Positions 29,920-38,599 of a stretch of 64,000 nt of DNA are shown here, in pieces (the first letter of the stretch is position 1; each line of letters starts with the position of its first letter). The position numbers were made by a program, and so were the translations under genes. The DNA comes from Hyphomicrobiaceae bacterium. Lineage in GTDB: Bacteria; Pseudomonadota; Alphaproteobacteria; Rhizobiales; Hyphomicrobiaceae. The notes beneath the pieces were generated by a model. That model ran no database searches. It worked only from the letters and a program-made list of their open reading frames with translations, and was not told where the DNA came from. The stretch lies in the NCBI GenBank assembly GCA_965247245.1, contig CBDFGV010000003.1, positions 3,218,609 to 3,282,608 of the forward strand, written 5' to 3'.

Positions 29920-30843
29920 CTACGGCTTTGGCTTGCCGGTTCCCGGTAGCGACCAGAGCGTCTTTGCACCCGCGTCTCCACCCATAAAGGTCGACGGGAA
30001 AGTACCGCCCCAGCGTTCGACCTTCTTGTACTCGACGACCAACGGGTGCTTGGCAAGTGCTTCGCCCATGATGCGGATCGCTTCCGCCTGGGCCTCACCC
30101 TGGACCTTGATTTCGTAGGCCTTGCCGTCAGCGCGTGCCTTGTCAGCATCACGTTGTGCCATCGCCGTCTGTGTCACCTGGGTACTGGTGAGGCGCTGAC
30201 GGTCCAGCACATACTTCTCGGTTTCCGCTTGTTCTCTCGCGACCTGCTTGGCACGAATAGCCTTCGTGTATTCCGGCGGGAACCCAACATTGACGATCGA
30301 GAAGCCGGTAATCTGAATGGCATCCGGCATGCGTGCACCGAATGAATTCTGAGATCGATCCCGGTATTCCGCCCGCTTACGCAGCAGATCATTGACGGTG
30401 TACGTGCTCGTAACACCTTTGACGGCGTCGTTGAGGCGTGGCTGGATGATACGCTTTTCGAATTGAACCAGGGAACCGAACTGAATGTAGAGTTCCTCGA
30501 CATGGTTGCGCTTGACGAGCCAGTTCACAGTCACCGTGACAGGAAGTTCCAATGGGTCCTGGGACGCTGCTTCCATCTTCATCGTGAAGGCACGTTCCCG
30601 CACCTCCATCTCTTCGACGGTATCGGCGTAGGGGATTTTCACATGGAGGCCGGGATCGACAACATCGATAACGTTGCCAAATCGCTTAACGATGCCGACG
30701 TGGCCGGCATCAATCCGGTAAATACCCAGCCAAATGCCGAGAAGCACAAGGAAGACAAGCGCACCGATTAGAACCGAGCCAATCTTCAATGATGAAAATC
30801 CGGGGCCTGGCATAGGAATGCGGGGAGTGGTTTGGGCATTCAT
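29920..30843 (-). CDS. SPFH/band-7 domain protein (HflC/prohibitin-like), N-terminal TM anchor
   Basis: N-terminal TM (IGSVLIGALVFLVLLGIWLGIY) followed by an SPFH domain (GHVGIVKRFGNV...VTVNW) and a coiled-coil region. RBS AGGAA 9 nt upstream. Confidence 0.8.
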   Translation of the reverse strand: MNAQTTPRIPMPGPGFSSLKIGSVLIGALVFLVLLGIWLGIYRIDAGHVGIVKRFGNVIDVVDPGLHVKIPYADTVEEMEVRERAFTMKMEAASQDPLELPVTVTVNWLVKRNHVEELYIQFGSLVQFEKRIIQPRLNDAVKGVTSTYTVNDLLRKRAEYRDRSQNSFGARMPDAIQITGFSIVNVGFPPEYTKAIRAKQVAREQAETEKYVLDRQRLTSTQVTQTAMAQRDADKARADGKAYEIKVQGEAQAEAIRIMGEALAKHPLVVEYKKVERWGGTFPSTFMGGDAGAKTLWSLPGTGKPKP

Positions 30844-31052
30844 GGGACAATTCCTGCGGGTCTATATCGCCTGTACCCGACAACCAAAAAATCAGTCGGG
30901 CAATTCAAAACGACTTCAGTCACGACTCGATAAAAGCCGCCTAGCTATCTGTTCTTACGTACTAATACGATACAAATGTTGATATTTTGTTCAGCGTTGC
31001 GCGGCAGTACTGTTGTATTGCCGACTTCACCCTCGCCCGTTAGAGTCAGGCC

Positions 31053-31409
31053 ATGTCAGAACCACAGCAAAAGTCCGATGAACCAGGCGAATCCAGCTCG
31101 GGTTGGAACAAGAAGACAGAGTTCGGCGAACCCGTATGGGTCGACGTCCTCAAGTCTATTTGGACTGGACTGGTAATGTTGTTTTTCACCATCATTGTTG
31201 GCGGTGCACTGGCCGTTGCGATCATTGCGCCCTGGGGCCGCGCCAGCCACGACTGCTCAATCTACTGCGTGATCCGCAATTACTTTAATGCTTGGTGGGA
31301 ATCTAAGCCCAGTACATCAGCACGCGATCTGCAGTTTCGTCTCTATGCCATGAACCATAAAAAGAAGGCTCCCGGGATGCCTCCCGAGAGCCGCTTTGTT
31401 CTGCGCTGA
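31053..31409 (+). CDS. Hypothetical small membrane protein
   Basis: 118 aa with one TM (LVMLFFTIIVGGALAVAIIAPW). Lies between two SPFH-family genes. No recognisable domain. Confidence 0.4.
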   Translation: MSEPQQKSDEPGESSSGWNKKTEFGEPVWVDVLKSIWTGLVMLFFTIIVGGALAVAIIAPWGRASHDCSIYCVIRNYFNAWWESKPSTSARDLQFRLYAMNHKKKAPGMPPESRFVLR

Positions 31410-31420
31410 CGCACTAATCA

Positions 31421-32581
31421 TCAGGCGGTGTCGCCTTCAGTTTTATCCGTCATACGGTAGAGGTTCTTAAGCAGGGCCTCAAGACCAGCCGCACCACCAC
31501 CTGTGTGAAGGTCGATACGGCCAACCTTTTCAACCAACTTCTCAAGCGCCTCGAGCTCCTTCAAACGAAGCAGCAATGGGTTGTCGTCCATCAAGCGCGC
31601 GGTGTTGAGCAACGAACGTGTCGCTGCCGTTTCTTCCTGACGCTTGATCAGGTTCGCTTTCGCCATGCGCTCTGCTTCCACCACGTGGTTCAGAAGATCA
31701 CGCACATCGCCTGGCAGGATGACGTCCTTGACGCCGATCTCATTGATCTCGACACCAAGATCACCGACACGCGCCGTCACGTAGTCACGGACTTCCTGGT
31801 CGATGGTGTCACGTGCACCAAGGATCTCATCCAGAGTACGCGTTGCCACGGCTTCACGGATAGCGAACTGCACCAGACGGTACAGAGTGTTCGCGACATC
31901 CGCCGATCTTGTCGTTGCCTTCAGTGCATCGATCACCTTGTAGAACGCGGTTAGTGTCACGCGGATGCCAACGCGGTCCTTGGTCAGGATTTCCTGTGCT
32001 GTCACCTCAAGCGGTGTCGGACGCATATCAACCTTGACGATCTTGACCTTGCGGCCGATCTCCCAGAACGCATGCATACCCGGTTTCAGTTGCTCAACGA
32101 AGTCGCCGTCGACAAACAACAGACCTGTTTCGTGCGACGCCACGACGTCATGAATGACCACCCGCGTGCGCTCCACATCGAGCTTCGCCAGGTGTTCCTT
32201 GCTGACCCGCAAGTCCGCAGACGTATCGATGGTTTCAACCTCAACCAACGTCAACGTCTTCCAGAACGCACGTGTCGTGTGCGGCAGCACGAGATGCTTC
32301 GGTGCACCGTCCATCGAAACGATCGCAACTTCATGCGCGATCGGCTTCACGATAACGAAGTGCTCGGCAGCGACTTCTGGATGCGCCTTCTCAAACAGCA
32401 ATGCCTTTTCGACCGGCACCTCGGCCTGCGTCACCTTCACGACCTCAGCCTTGAGCTTGTGCGATGGGTCAAACTCGCGGTGGCGGCCCGGACCGAGCAT
32501 GCGCACGAACTGACCATCGCGCGTTAGAAACGCACGCTCGTCATCGCGAACAACAACATTAAAAAACAATAGCGCCCACAT
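31421..32581 (-). CDS. Slipin-family SPFH domain protein
   Basis: ~386 aa with a central band-7 domain (TKDRVGIRVTLTAFYKVIDALKA...DEILGARDTIDQEV) and a C-terminal helical region. Confidence 0.75.
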   Translation of the reverse strand: MWALLFFNVVVRDDERAFLTRDGQFVRMLGPGRHREFDPSHKLKAEVVKVTQAEVPVEKALLFEKAHPEVAAEHFVIVKPIAHEVAIVSMDGAPKHLVLPHTTRAFWKTLTLVEVETIDTSADLRVSKEHLAKLDVERTRVVIHDVVASHETGLLFVDGDFVEQLKPGMHAFWEIGRKVKIVKVDMRPTPLEVTAQEILTKDRVGIRVTLTAFYKVIDALKATTRSADVANTLYRLVQFAIREAVATRTLDEILGARDTIDQEVRDYVTARVGDLGVEINEIGVKDVILPGDVRDLLNHVVEAERMAKANLIKRQEETAATRSLLNTARLMDDNPLLLRLKELEALEKLVEKVGRIDLHTGGGAAGLEALLKNLYRMTDKTEGDTA

Positions 32582-33189
32582 GACACGTACTCCGGTTTGG
32601 CCATCTCACAACGGGCAGATTGCAATTTGGCTCAGTTCAGTTGCGCCCTCGAAAAGGTCAATCGCCTCTACGAAAGCAAAGTCCCTTGTCCCCACGTGAG
32701 GAAACAGGGTCGCGGTGACGGTCGATCGCAAGCGCGGTGCTTACGTCTCCCCTCGTTCGGTTCCTCTAACCGTTCGGCCAAGGCCTCGGGGAAAGAGGAA
32801 TAAGGATCATGCATCCAAAATCTGTGCTTAGGGCCTTCCCTAAGTCTTGGTCGCCATGACTGTCCCAACGGTTCGATCAATCGAATCCATTTAAGGTCCA
32901 CTGGCCGCCGCCCAACGATCGAGACACGGTCTCGCGCTTGAGCCTGCCGGCGTAGCCTTTGTAGTCAGGTTGCGTCCACCGCCTCGCATCTGGCCGAAGC
33001 CATCAACTTGGCAGTGCCGGTGCCCGGTACGCGAGCGTTGCCAGCAGGCGGTATCTGCGCGAGAGCATAGCGCTCAACCGCCTGGCATTTCTGCCGCCAC
33101 CTTCGGCCGAAGCCTCTGGCAGCTTTGGTCCTGCCCGGGAAGCAGCCAGCTTCCCCTCAGTCCGTAAAGAGTGCTTAAAAGGCACGTGA

Positions 33190-33263
33190 CAAACGACGTG
33201 GGAGTCGAACCCACGACAGCCAGATTCCAGGTCTGGTGCTCTTACCAACTGAGCTAGTCGTTA
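33190..33263 (-). tRNA. tRNA-like gene, apparent anticodon UGG (Pro), with unusual C33 and 1:72 mismatch; no encoded CCA
   Basis: Minus-strand cloverleaf: D-arm GCTC-AGTTGGTAA-GAGC, anticodon stem CCAGA/TCTGG, loop CCTGGAA, T-arm GTGGG-TTCGACT-CCCAC, acceptor TAACGAC/GTCGTTT. Sequence was cross-checked against the overlapping ORF translation. Confidence 0.5.
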
Positions 33264-33264
33264 A

Positions 33265-33338
33265 TGGAGCAGTTAAAGGGAATCGAACCCCTGTCCTCCC
33301 GGCCCAAACCGGGTGCTCGACCACTGAGCTATAACCGC
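33265..33338 (-). tRNA. tRNA-Pro(UGG)-like gene with encoded CCA; anticodon loop appears 6 nt (CCCGG-TTTGGG-CCGGG)
   Basis: Minus strand: acceptor GCGGTTA/TAACTGC, D-arm GCTC-AGTGGTC-GAGC, T-arm AGGGG-TTCGATT-CCCTT, 3' ...T-CCA. It ends 1 nt before the previous tRNA-like gene. Confidence 0.55.
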
Positions 33339-33522
33339 AAAACCTCAAGTGCGCGGAACACATCCACCGCAAAGCAGCGTGCGCCAGACAGGTCTCAGCG
33401 AGCCTGCACACGTGGCGCTTCTCAAGGCGGCTGGGCTAATGCCCCAGGTTTGCGGCGGAACAATGGCCACCGAAGTCTTTCGGCAAAAATTCGATAAGCC
33501 GGCGTTGCAATCAGATCCCGGG

Positions 33523-34689
33523 TCAGGCCACCTGCTTGTTGCCGAACATGCTGCGCCCGATGATTTCACGCATGATCTCACAAGTACCACCGGCAATCCG
33601 GCTCATTCGTGCGTCGGCCCAGGCCCGCGCAATCGGATACTCCCACATGTAACCACTACCACCGAACAGCTGCAGGCAATCATCTAGCAGCTCGCACATC
33701 ATCTCAGCCGACATCATCTTGGCCATCGCGGCATCAACCGCATCTAGCTCTCCCTTGAGGTGCATTTCGATGCAACGATCGATAAACACGCGCAGCATAA
33801 TCGATTGAGACTTGACGGTTGCAAGCTGGAAGCGCGTGTTCTGGAAGCTCGATATTGCACGTCCAAATGCCTGTCGCTCGGACACATAATCAACCGTCCA
33901 CTCCAAAGCGGCTTCAATGACGGCGGTTGCGCGAATAGCCTGCATCAAGCGCTCTTGCGGCAGTTGCTCCATCAAACCGACAAAGCCACGCCCCTCTCCG
34001 CCCAACAGATTGTCAACTGGTACGCGTACCTCATCGAAGAACAGCTCTGAGGTGTCCTGTGCCTTCCAACCGATCTTGTTGAGATTGCGTCCACGCTTGA
34101 AGCCAGCTCGATCTCCCTCAACCATAATCAGGCTGATGCCTCTGGCACCTTCCTTAGGATCTGTCTTACAGGCAACGATCACAAGGTCAGACATCTGGCC
34201 ATTGGTGATGTAGACCTTTTGACCGCTAATGACGAACTCGTCGCCTTCTCGGATAGCGCGGGTTTTGATGTTCTGCAGATCAGAGCCCGCACTCGGCTCC
34301 GTCATCGCGATGGCACCGATCTTATCGCCAGCAACCATTGCCGGCAGCCATCGCTTCTTCTGTTCCTCAGTTCCATAGTGATAGATGTAGGGCGCGACGA
34401 TATCAGAGTGCAGTGAAAAGCCAGGTCCGGATGCACAGGCCTTCGCCATCTCTTCGATCAGAACGGTGGTGTAAAGAAAATCCGCATTCGATCCACCGTA
34501 CTCCTCGGGCGTCGAACTGCAAAGCAGACCATGATCACCGGCAGCCTTCCAAGCCTCGCGACTAATTTGGCCGTCCTCCTCCCATTGGTCGTGGTAAGGC
34601 GTGATGTGCTCACCGATAAAGCGGCGGACATTGTCGCGATAAGTTTCGTGCTCATGCGAAAAGATCGTGCGTTGGAACATCCCGTTCAA
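33523..34689 (-). CDS. Acyl-CoA dehydrogenase
   Basis: 388 aa with ACAD N-terminal, middle and C-terminal domain blocks (AIAMTEPSAGSDL...; YITNG; C-terminal catalytic Glu region). Confidence 0.88.
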   Translation of the reverse strand: MNGMFQRTIFSHEHETYRDNVRRFIGEHITPYHDQWEEDGQISREAWKAAGDHGLLCSSTPEEYGGSNADFLYTTVLIEEMAKACASGPGFSLHSDIVAPYIYHYGTEEQKKRWLPAMVAGDKIGAIAMTEPSAGSDLQNIKTRAIREGDEFVISGQKVYITNGQMSDLVIVACKTDPKEGARGISLIMVEGDRAGFKRGRNLNKIGWKAQDTSELFFDEVRVPVDNLLGGEGRGFVGLMEQLPQERLMQAIRATAVIEAALEWTVDYVSERQAFGRAISSFQNTRFQLATVKSQSIMLRVFIDRCIEMHLKGELDAVDAAMAKMMSAEMMCELLDDCLQLFGGSGYMWEYPIARAWADARMSRIAGGTCEIMREIIGRSMFGNKQVA

Positions 34690-34841
34690 ACTCCCTCATG
34701 CTCAGCGTCACCAGTCATGTCGGCGATCATCATGGCAATTTGCTGCGCTCCGCCACTTCGAAACCTTGCATCCAACGCGGTTCGCGGCGCAATATCGATG
34801 CCACGGACAATTCAAGGAAACAGAGAACCAAGGATAACAGA

Positions 34842-35762
34842 ATGGCGGACAACACGCTTCTTCTCGACAAAGTAGCACTCGTGACCGGAGCCGGACGGGG
34901 GATTGGTAGAGAAATCGCATTGCTGATGGCAGCTTGCGGCGCCAAGGTGATTGTCAACGACCTTGGCGGGTCAACCGAAGGTGAGGGCTCCGACAATACG
35001 CCGGCGCAAGAAGTGGTTGACCTGATCAAGTCGAACGGCGGTGAAGCAGCTGCGAACTACGACAGCGTGTCAGAGTTCAAGGCCGCCGAGGGCATGGTTG
35101 AGCAAGCTGTCGACACGTTCGGCCGTATTGATATCGTTGTGAACGTGGCCGGTATTCTGCGTGATGTGATCTTCCACAAGATGACCGAAGACGACTGGAA
35201 TTCCGTCATCAACGTTCACCTCAACGGCACCTTCAATGTTAGCCGGGCGGCTGCAACGCATTTCCGCAATCAACAGTCCGGACGCTACATCCATTTCACG
35301 TCAACATCCGGTCTCATCGGTAACTTTGGTCAGGCTAACTATGCCGCCGCCAAACTCGGCATCGTCGGCTTGTCAAAGTCAATCGCCCTCGATATGGCGC
35401 GCTTCGGTGTAACTTCGAACTGCATCGGCCCCTTCGCCTGGAGCCGTATGATCGGCACCATCCCCGTCAACAGCGATGCAGACAAAGTGCGCGTAGAACG
35501 CATGAAGACGATGACGCCTGCGAAGATCGCCCCGATGATCTGCGCACTCGCCTCAGATGAGGCCAAGGACGTCACCGGCCAGATCTTCTGCGTCCGATCC
35601 AACGAGATCCTATTGATGAGTCAAAACCGTCCGCTACGTTCTGTTGCACGACCGGAAGGCTGGACACCAGGCTCAATCATCGAGCATGCCTTCCCGTCGA
35701 TGAAGGCGACGTTCTACCCACTCGATCGCTCGCAGGATATCTTCCCTTGGGACCCGATTTGA
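34842..35762 (+). CDS. SDR-family oxidoreductase
   Basis: ORF 34698..35762. ATG at 34842 has RBS AAGGATAA. TGAGRGIGREIA Rossmann motif, NVAG, and a catalytic YxxxK region (NYAAAK). Confidence 0.8.
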   Translation: MADNTLLLDKVALVTGAGRGIGREIALLMAACGAKVIVNDLGGSTEGEGSDNTPAQEVVDLIKSNGGEAAANYDSVSEFKAAEGMVEQAVDTFGRIDIVVNVAGILRDVIFHKMTEDDWNSVINVHLNGTFNVSRAAATHFRNQQSGRYIHFTSTSGLIGNFGQANYAAAKLGIVGLSKSIALDMARFGVTSNCIGPFAWSRMIGTIPVNSDADKVRVERMKTMTPAKIAPMICALASDEAKDVTGQIFCVRSNEILLMSQNRPLRSVARPEGWTPGSIIEHAFPSMKATFYPLDRSQDIFPWDPI

Positions 35763-35803
35763 TGCGCGTGTGAAATCAGCTAGACCCTGGATCAGGTTCG
35801 GTT

Positions 35804-35837
35804 GGGGCGTGAAGTGCCTTTCACGCCCCTTATCTTT
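35804..35837 (+). terminator. Rho-independent terminator (GGGGCGTGAA-GTGCCT-TTCACGCCCC followed by TTATCTTT)
   Basis: 10-bp GC-rich stem plus T-rich tail 40 nt after the SDR stop. Sits between convergent genes. Confidence 0.5.
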
Positions 35838-35920
35838 GGGCCGCGACTGAGCAGTTGGGCGTCGCGTCTCCATCGAAAACAGATGACCAACACGTCCACG
35901 GACAGAACTCGCGCACGCGG

Positions 35921-37093
35921 TCAGGTAACCACGCCGTCCGAAACAAGCTTGTCGATCTCGGATTCTGAATAGCCGAGATCAACCATGACCTCACGCGTGT
36001 GCTGGCCGAGCGTAGGTGACACCGCATAAGGGTCATCCTGCACGTACTTTGGCATACCTGGAATGTTCGGCACCGGCCACGCATCATCGGAACCAGCCTG
36101 CTTAACCCACGACAACAGACCAACCGCTTCAGGTTGCGCGTGCTTGGCAAACTCCCTGTAGGACAGCACGGGTCCGTTCTGCACGCGATTCTCGTTCAAT
36201 AATGCATGCCAATGCTCGGTTGTGTTGGTTATCAGCAAGTCACCCAAGTCACTGACCAAAAGTTCAGCATGTTCGCGACGCCCCTGGTTCTTTTGGAAGC
36301 GCGGATCCTTGGCATATTCAGTCCACCCGATAGCCTTGCACAGCAACTGAAACTCGTGATCGCGCGCAACGATCACCTGCAACCAGCCATCGGATGTCTT
36401 AAAAGTGCCGGACGGCGATCCCGCAATCTTGAACGGGCCTTCCCGGTAGCCATCGAGCAGACGCACCGCCTGCAAGTTTGTCGAGGCCTCCATTAGACTG
36501 ATATCGATCCTGCGCCCGGGCGCTCCGTCACGTTGTGCGTAAAGCGTGCTTTGGACTGCTTGCGTCGCGTAAAGCCCAGTCGACATGTCATTGATGATCA
36601 CGGGCGAACGATGGGGAATACCATCTGCGCCCTTGTTCTCCGCCATGAAGCCCGTAAAAGCCTGCAAGACCGGGTCCATGGCTGGCCGCTCACGCATCGG
36701 TCCCATCTGTCCGAAACCGGAAATCGAAACATAGATCAGCTGCGGATTGATCTCCTTCAGCCGTTCGTAGGAATAGCCGAGGCGGTCGACGACACCTGGA
36801 CGAAATCCCTCGATGAAGACGTGTGCGTCTTTGATCATACGATCCACGATGGCACGGCTATCGGCGTGCTTGAGATCCATGACGATGCTGCGCTTGCCCA
36901 TGTTGGCCGGGATAGAAAACGCTGTGTGATCGCCATAGACAGCACCGAGCGCTCGCGCCCAATCACCATCTCCCGGTTCGATCTTGATAACGTCAGCACC
37001 ATTCTGCGCTAGCAGCATCCCACAATATGGGCCAGCCACGCCTTGTGACATGTCAACAACGCGAAGCCCTTTATACGGCCTGTCATAACTCAT
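35921..37093 (-). CDS. CoA-transferase family III (CaiB/BaiF/Frc-type)
   Basis: GLRVVDMSQGVAGPYCGMLLAQNGADVIKIEP N-terminal signature and an interlocked-dimer fold length of 390 aa. Confidence 0.85.
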   Translation of the reverse strand: MSYDRPYKGLRVVDMSQGVAGPYCGMLLAQNGADVIKIEPGDGDWARALGAVYGDHTAFSIPANMGKRSIVMDLKHADSRAIVDRMIKDAHVFIEGFRPGVVDRLGYSYERLKEINPQLIYVSISGFGQMGPMRERPAMDPVLQAFTGFMAENKGADGIPHRSPVIINDMSTGLYATQAVQSTLYAQRDGAPGRRIDISLMEASTNLQAVRLLDGYREGPFKIAGSPSGTFKTSDGWLQVIVARDHEFQLLCKAIGWTEYAKDPRFQKNQGRREHAELLVSDLGDLLITNTTEHWHALLNENRVQNGPVLSYREFAKHAQPEAVGLLSWVKQAGSDDAWPVPNIPGMPKYVQDDPYAVSPTLGQHTREVMVDLGYSESEIDKLVSDGVVT

Positions 37094-37105
37094 GGTTCGC
37101 TAGCC

Positions 37106-37870
37106 TTAATCTGGTCCAGGTTGCGCAGGAAATTGCAGCACGAGAAGATCAAGTCCTTCAGCTGTCGCGTGTATTGTCGGCTGCTCTTCGTCCGCGGTGA
37201 CAAACAGCATTGACCATTTGTCGTACACTGCACCATCGCGAATAAGCTCACCCGCCGTTACGACCAGATACTGCCCACCGGTTCCAGCGGCGGGCGGCAT
37301 CTCACAGGCTTGATCCGGCCCGAACCGGAAGATCCATGCCGCCATACCATCGTCTTCACGATCAAAAATTGTTTCACAATCGGGATGAGCCAATGTAGCC
37401 CGCACATCGGGCGTCGTCGTCGGAATGCCGCCTTTGAGGCGCGTGCGCTGATTTCCCTTGGAGAGCTTGTCTCTCGCACCCGGCATGTACTTGGCGCCCG
37501 GATCCCACCTCTGTCGCAAGGTAAAATAGGTGACACCAGTCTCACCAGCCACGATAGGTCCATAAGGCGTATGGCCGTTGGCGTACTGAACCGTTAGAGG
37601 CTGCGCGGCGTGCTTGCCCATGCTGCCAGTTCCGTCGACAAAAACCTGGAACTGATTTGTTTCGTGAAAGTGCGGCAGCGTCACAGAACCCGGCGGCTGC
37701 TCGACCAGAAAACCCTGCGGCAGGCCGTTGTCGTTTTTCTCATTACCTTCGACATACTTGCCCCGTAGCGGTGCCGCACCAACATACTCACTCAGCGTAT
37801 AGTCGTGTCCGTTGACATGAACCAACCGCTGCTTTTGCCGGGCTTCAGCCGTGGAAGTTGCGATGAGCAT
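37106..37870 (-). CDS. Hypothetical cupin-like protein
   Basis: LPHFHETNQFQVFVDGTG resembles cupin motif 1. No further assignment. Confidence 0.5.
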   Translation of the reverse strand: MLIATSTAEARQKQRLVHVNGHDYTLSEYVGAAPLRGKYVEGNEKNDNGLPQGFLVEQPPGSVTLPHFHETNQFQVFVDGTGSMGKHAAQPLTVQYANGHTPYGPIVAGETGVTYFTLRQRWDPGAKYMPGARDKLSKGNQRTRLKGGIPTTTPDVRATLAHPDCETIFDREDDGMAAWIFRFGPDQACEMPPAAGTGGQYLVVTAGELIRDGAVYDKWSMLFVTADEEQPTIHATAEGLDLLVLQFPAQPGPD

Positions 37871-38001
37871 AAGCGGGCCTCCGCATCGATTCCTAAAAGA
37901 GCTTTAAGGCTAGCGCGAATCCTGCGCGTTAGGAATGGCATCCTGGCGCCGACAAAGTCCTATCAGGTTACGGATCAGTCAATTCAACAGTAACGCACGG
38001 C

Positions 38002-38442
38002 CTAATCAGCCCGCTTAACTGAAACGCGCCGGAAGGCACCGCTTCCCGTTGCCAATAGCTTTCCGGTTTCGTCCTGCACCTCAATGTCAGAGAAGAACGT
38101 CGAACGCCCGCCCCCTCGCAGTCGCCCTGTCGCAATCAATCGATCACCATCCGGCGAACCAATGAAGTTTGTACTCAGCGACACTGTGATGAAAGAATGA
38201 AGGTTATCCGGATCTTCGGAGTAAACACCGGCATAGCCACCGGCCGTGTCCATCAACAAACAATAAATGCCGCCGTGCACACTGCCTCCTCGGTTCATGA
38301 ACTGAGTGCCGATATCAAGTTCAACTACCGCATGCTCGGCTCCCAGTCCGGTGATCTTGTGACCAACGAATTCAACAATCCCAGAGCTACCCCGCCAAGC
38401 AAGCATTTCCGCGAGGCTCGGTTTGGCGTTTTCGTCTGTCAT
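38002..38442 (-). CDS. PaaI-family hotdog thioesterase
   Basis: 146 aa with the hotdog-fold signature HGGIYCLLMDTAGG. Confidence 0.75.
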   Translation of the reverse strand: MTDENAKPSLAEMLAWRGSSGIVEFVGHKITGLGAEHAVVELDIGTQFMNRGGSVHGGIYCLLMDTAGGYAGVYSEDPDNLHSFITVSLSTNFIGSPDGDRLIATGRLRGGGRSTFFSDIEVQDETGKLLATGSGAFRRVSVKRAD

Positions 38443-38599
38443 GCTTTCCTCATTTCCATTGGTCTCTCAACCAACAAGTGCCCGCTCAACGCCATATCCA
38501 CAATTGTGATTATTGTCCCGACTTCGGACGACCGGGTTGCAAGCCCTAGTACCGGCTCTAAAACTGATGCGACACCAATTGTTATGCAGGAACGATGAC

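Noticed and set aside
32890-32945. Possible tmRNA tag-like reading frame (…AANDRDTVSRLSLPA*) near the tRNAs
   Set aside because: The peptide does not end in the canonical hydrophobic ALAA/VAA tail. No tRNA-like acceptor/T-arm pair or pseudoknot context was found around it.
33003-33497. ORFs 33003..33248-, 33175..33411- and 33264..33497+
   Set aside because: They run straight through the two tRNA-like genes. Their translations are the tRNA sequence read in frame.
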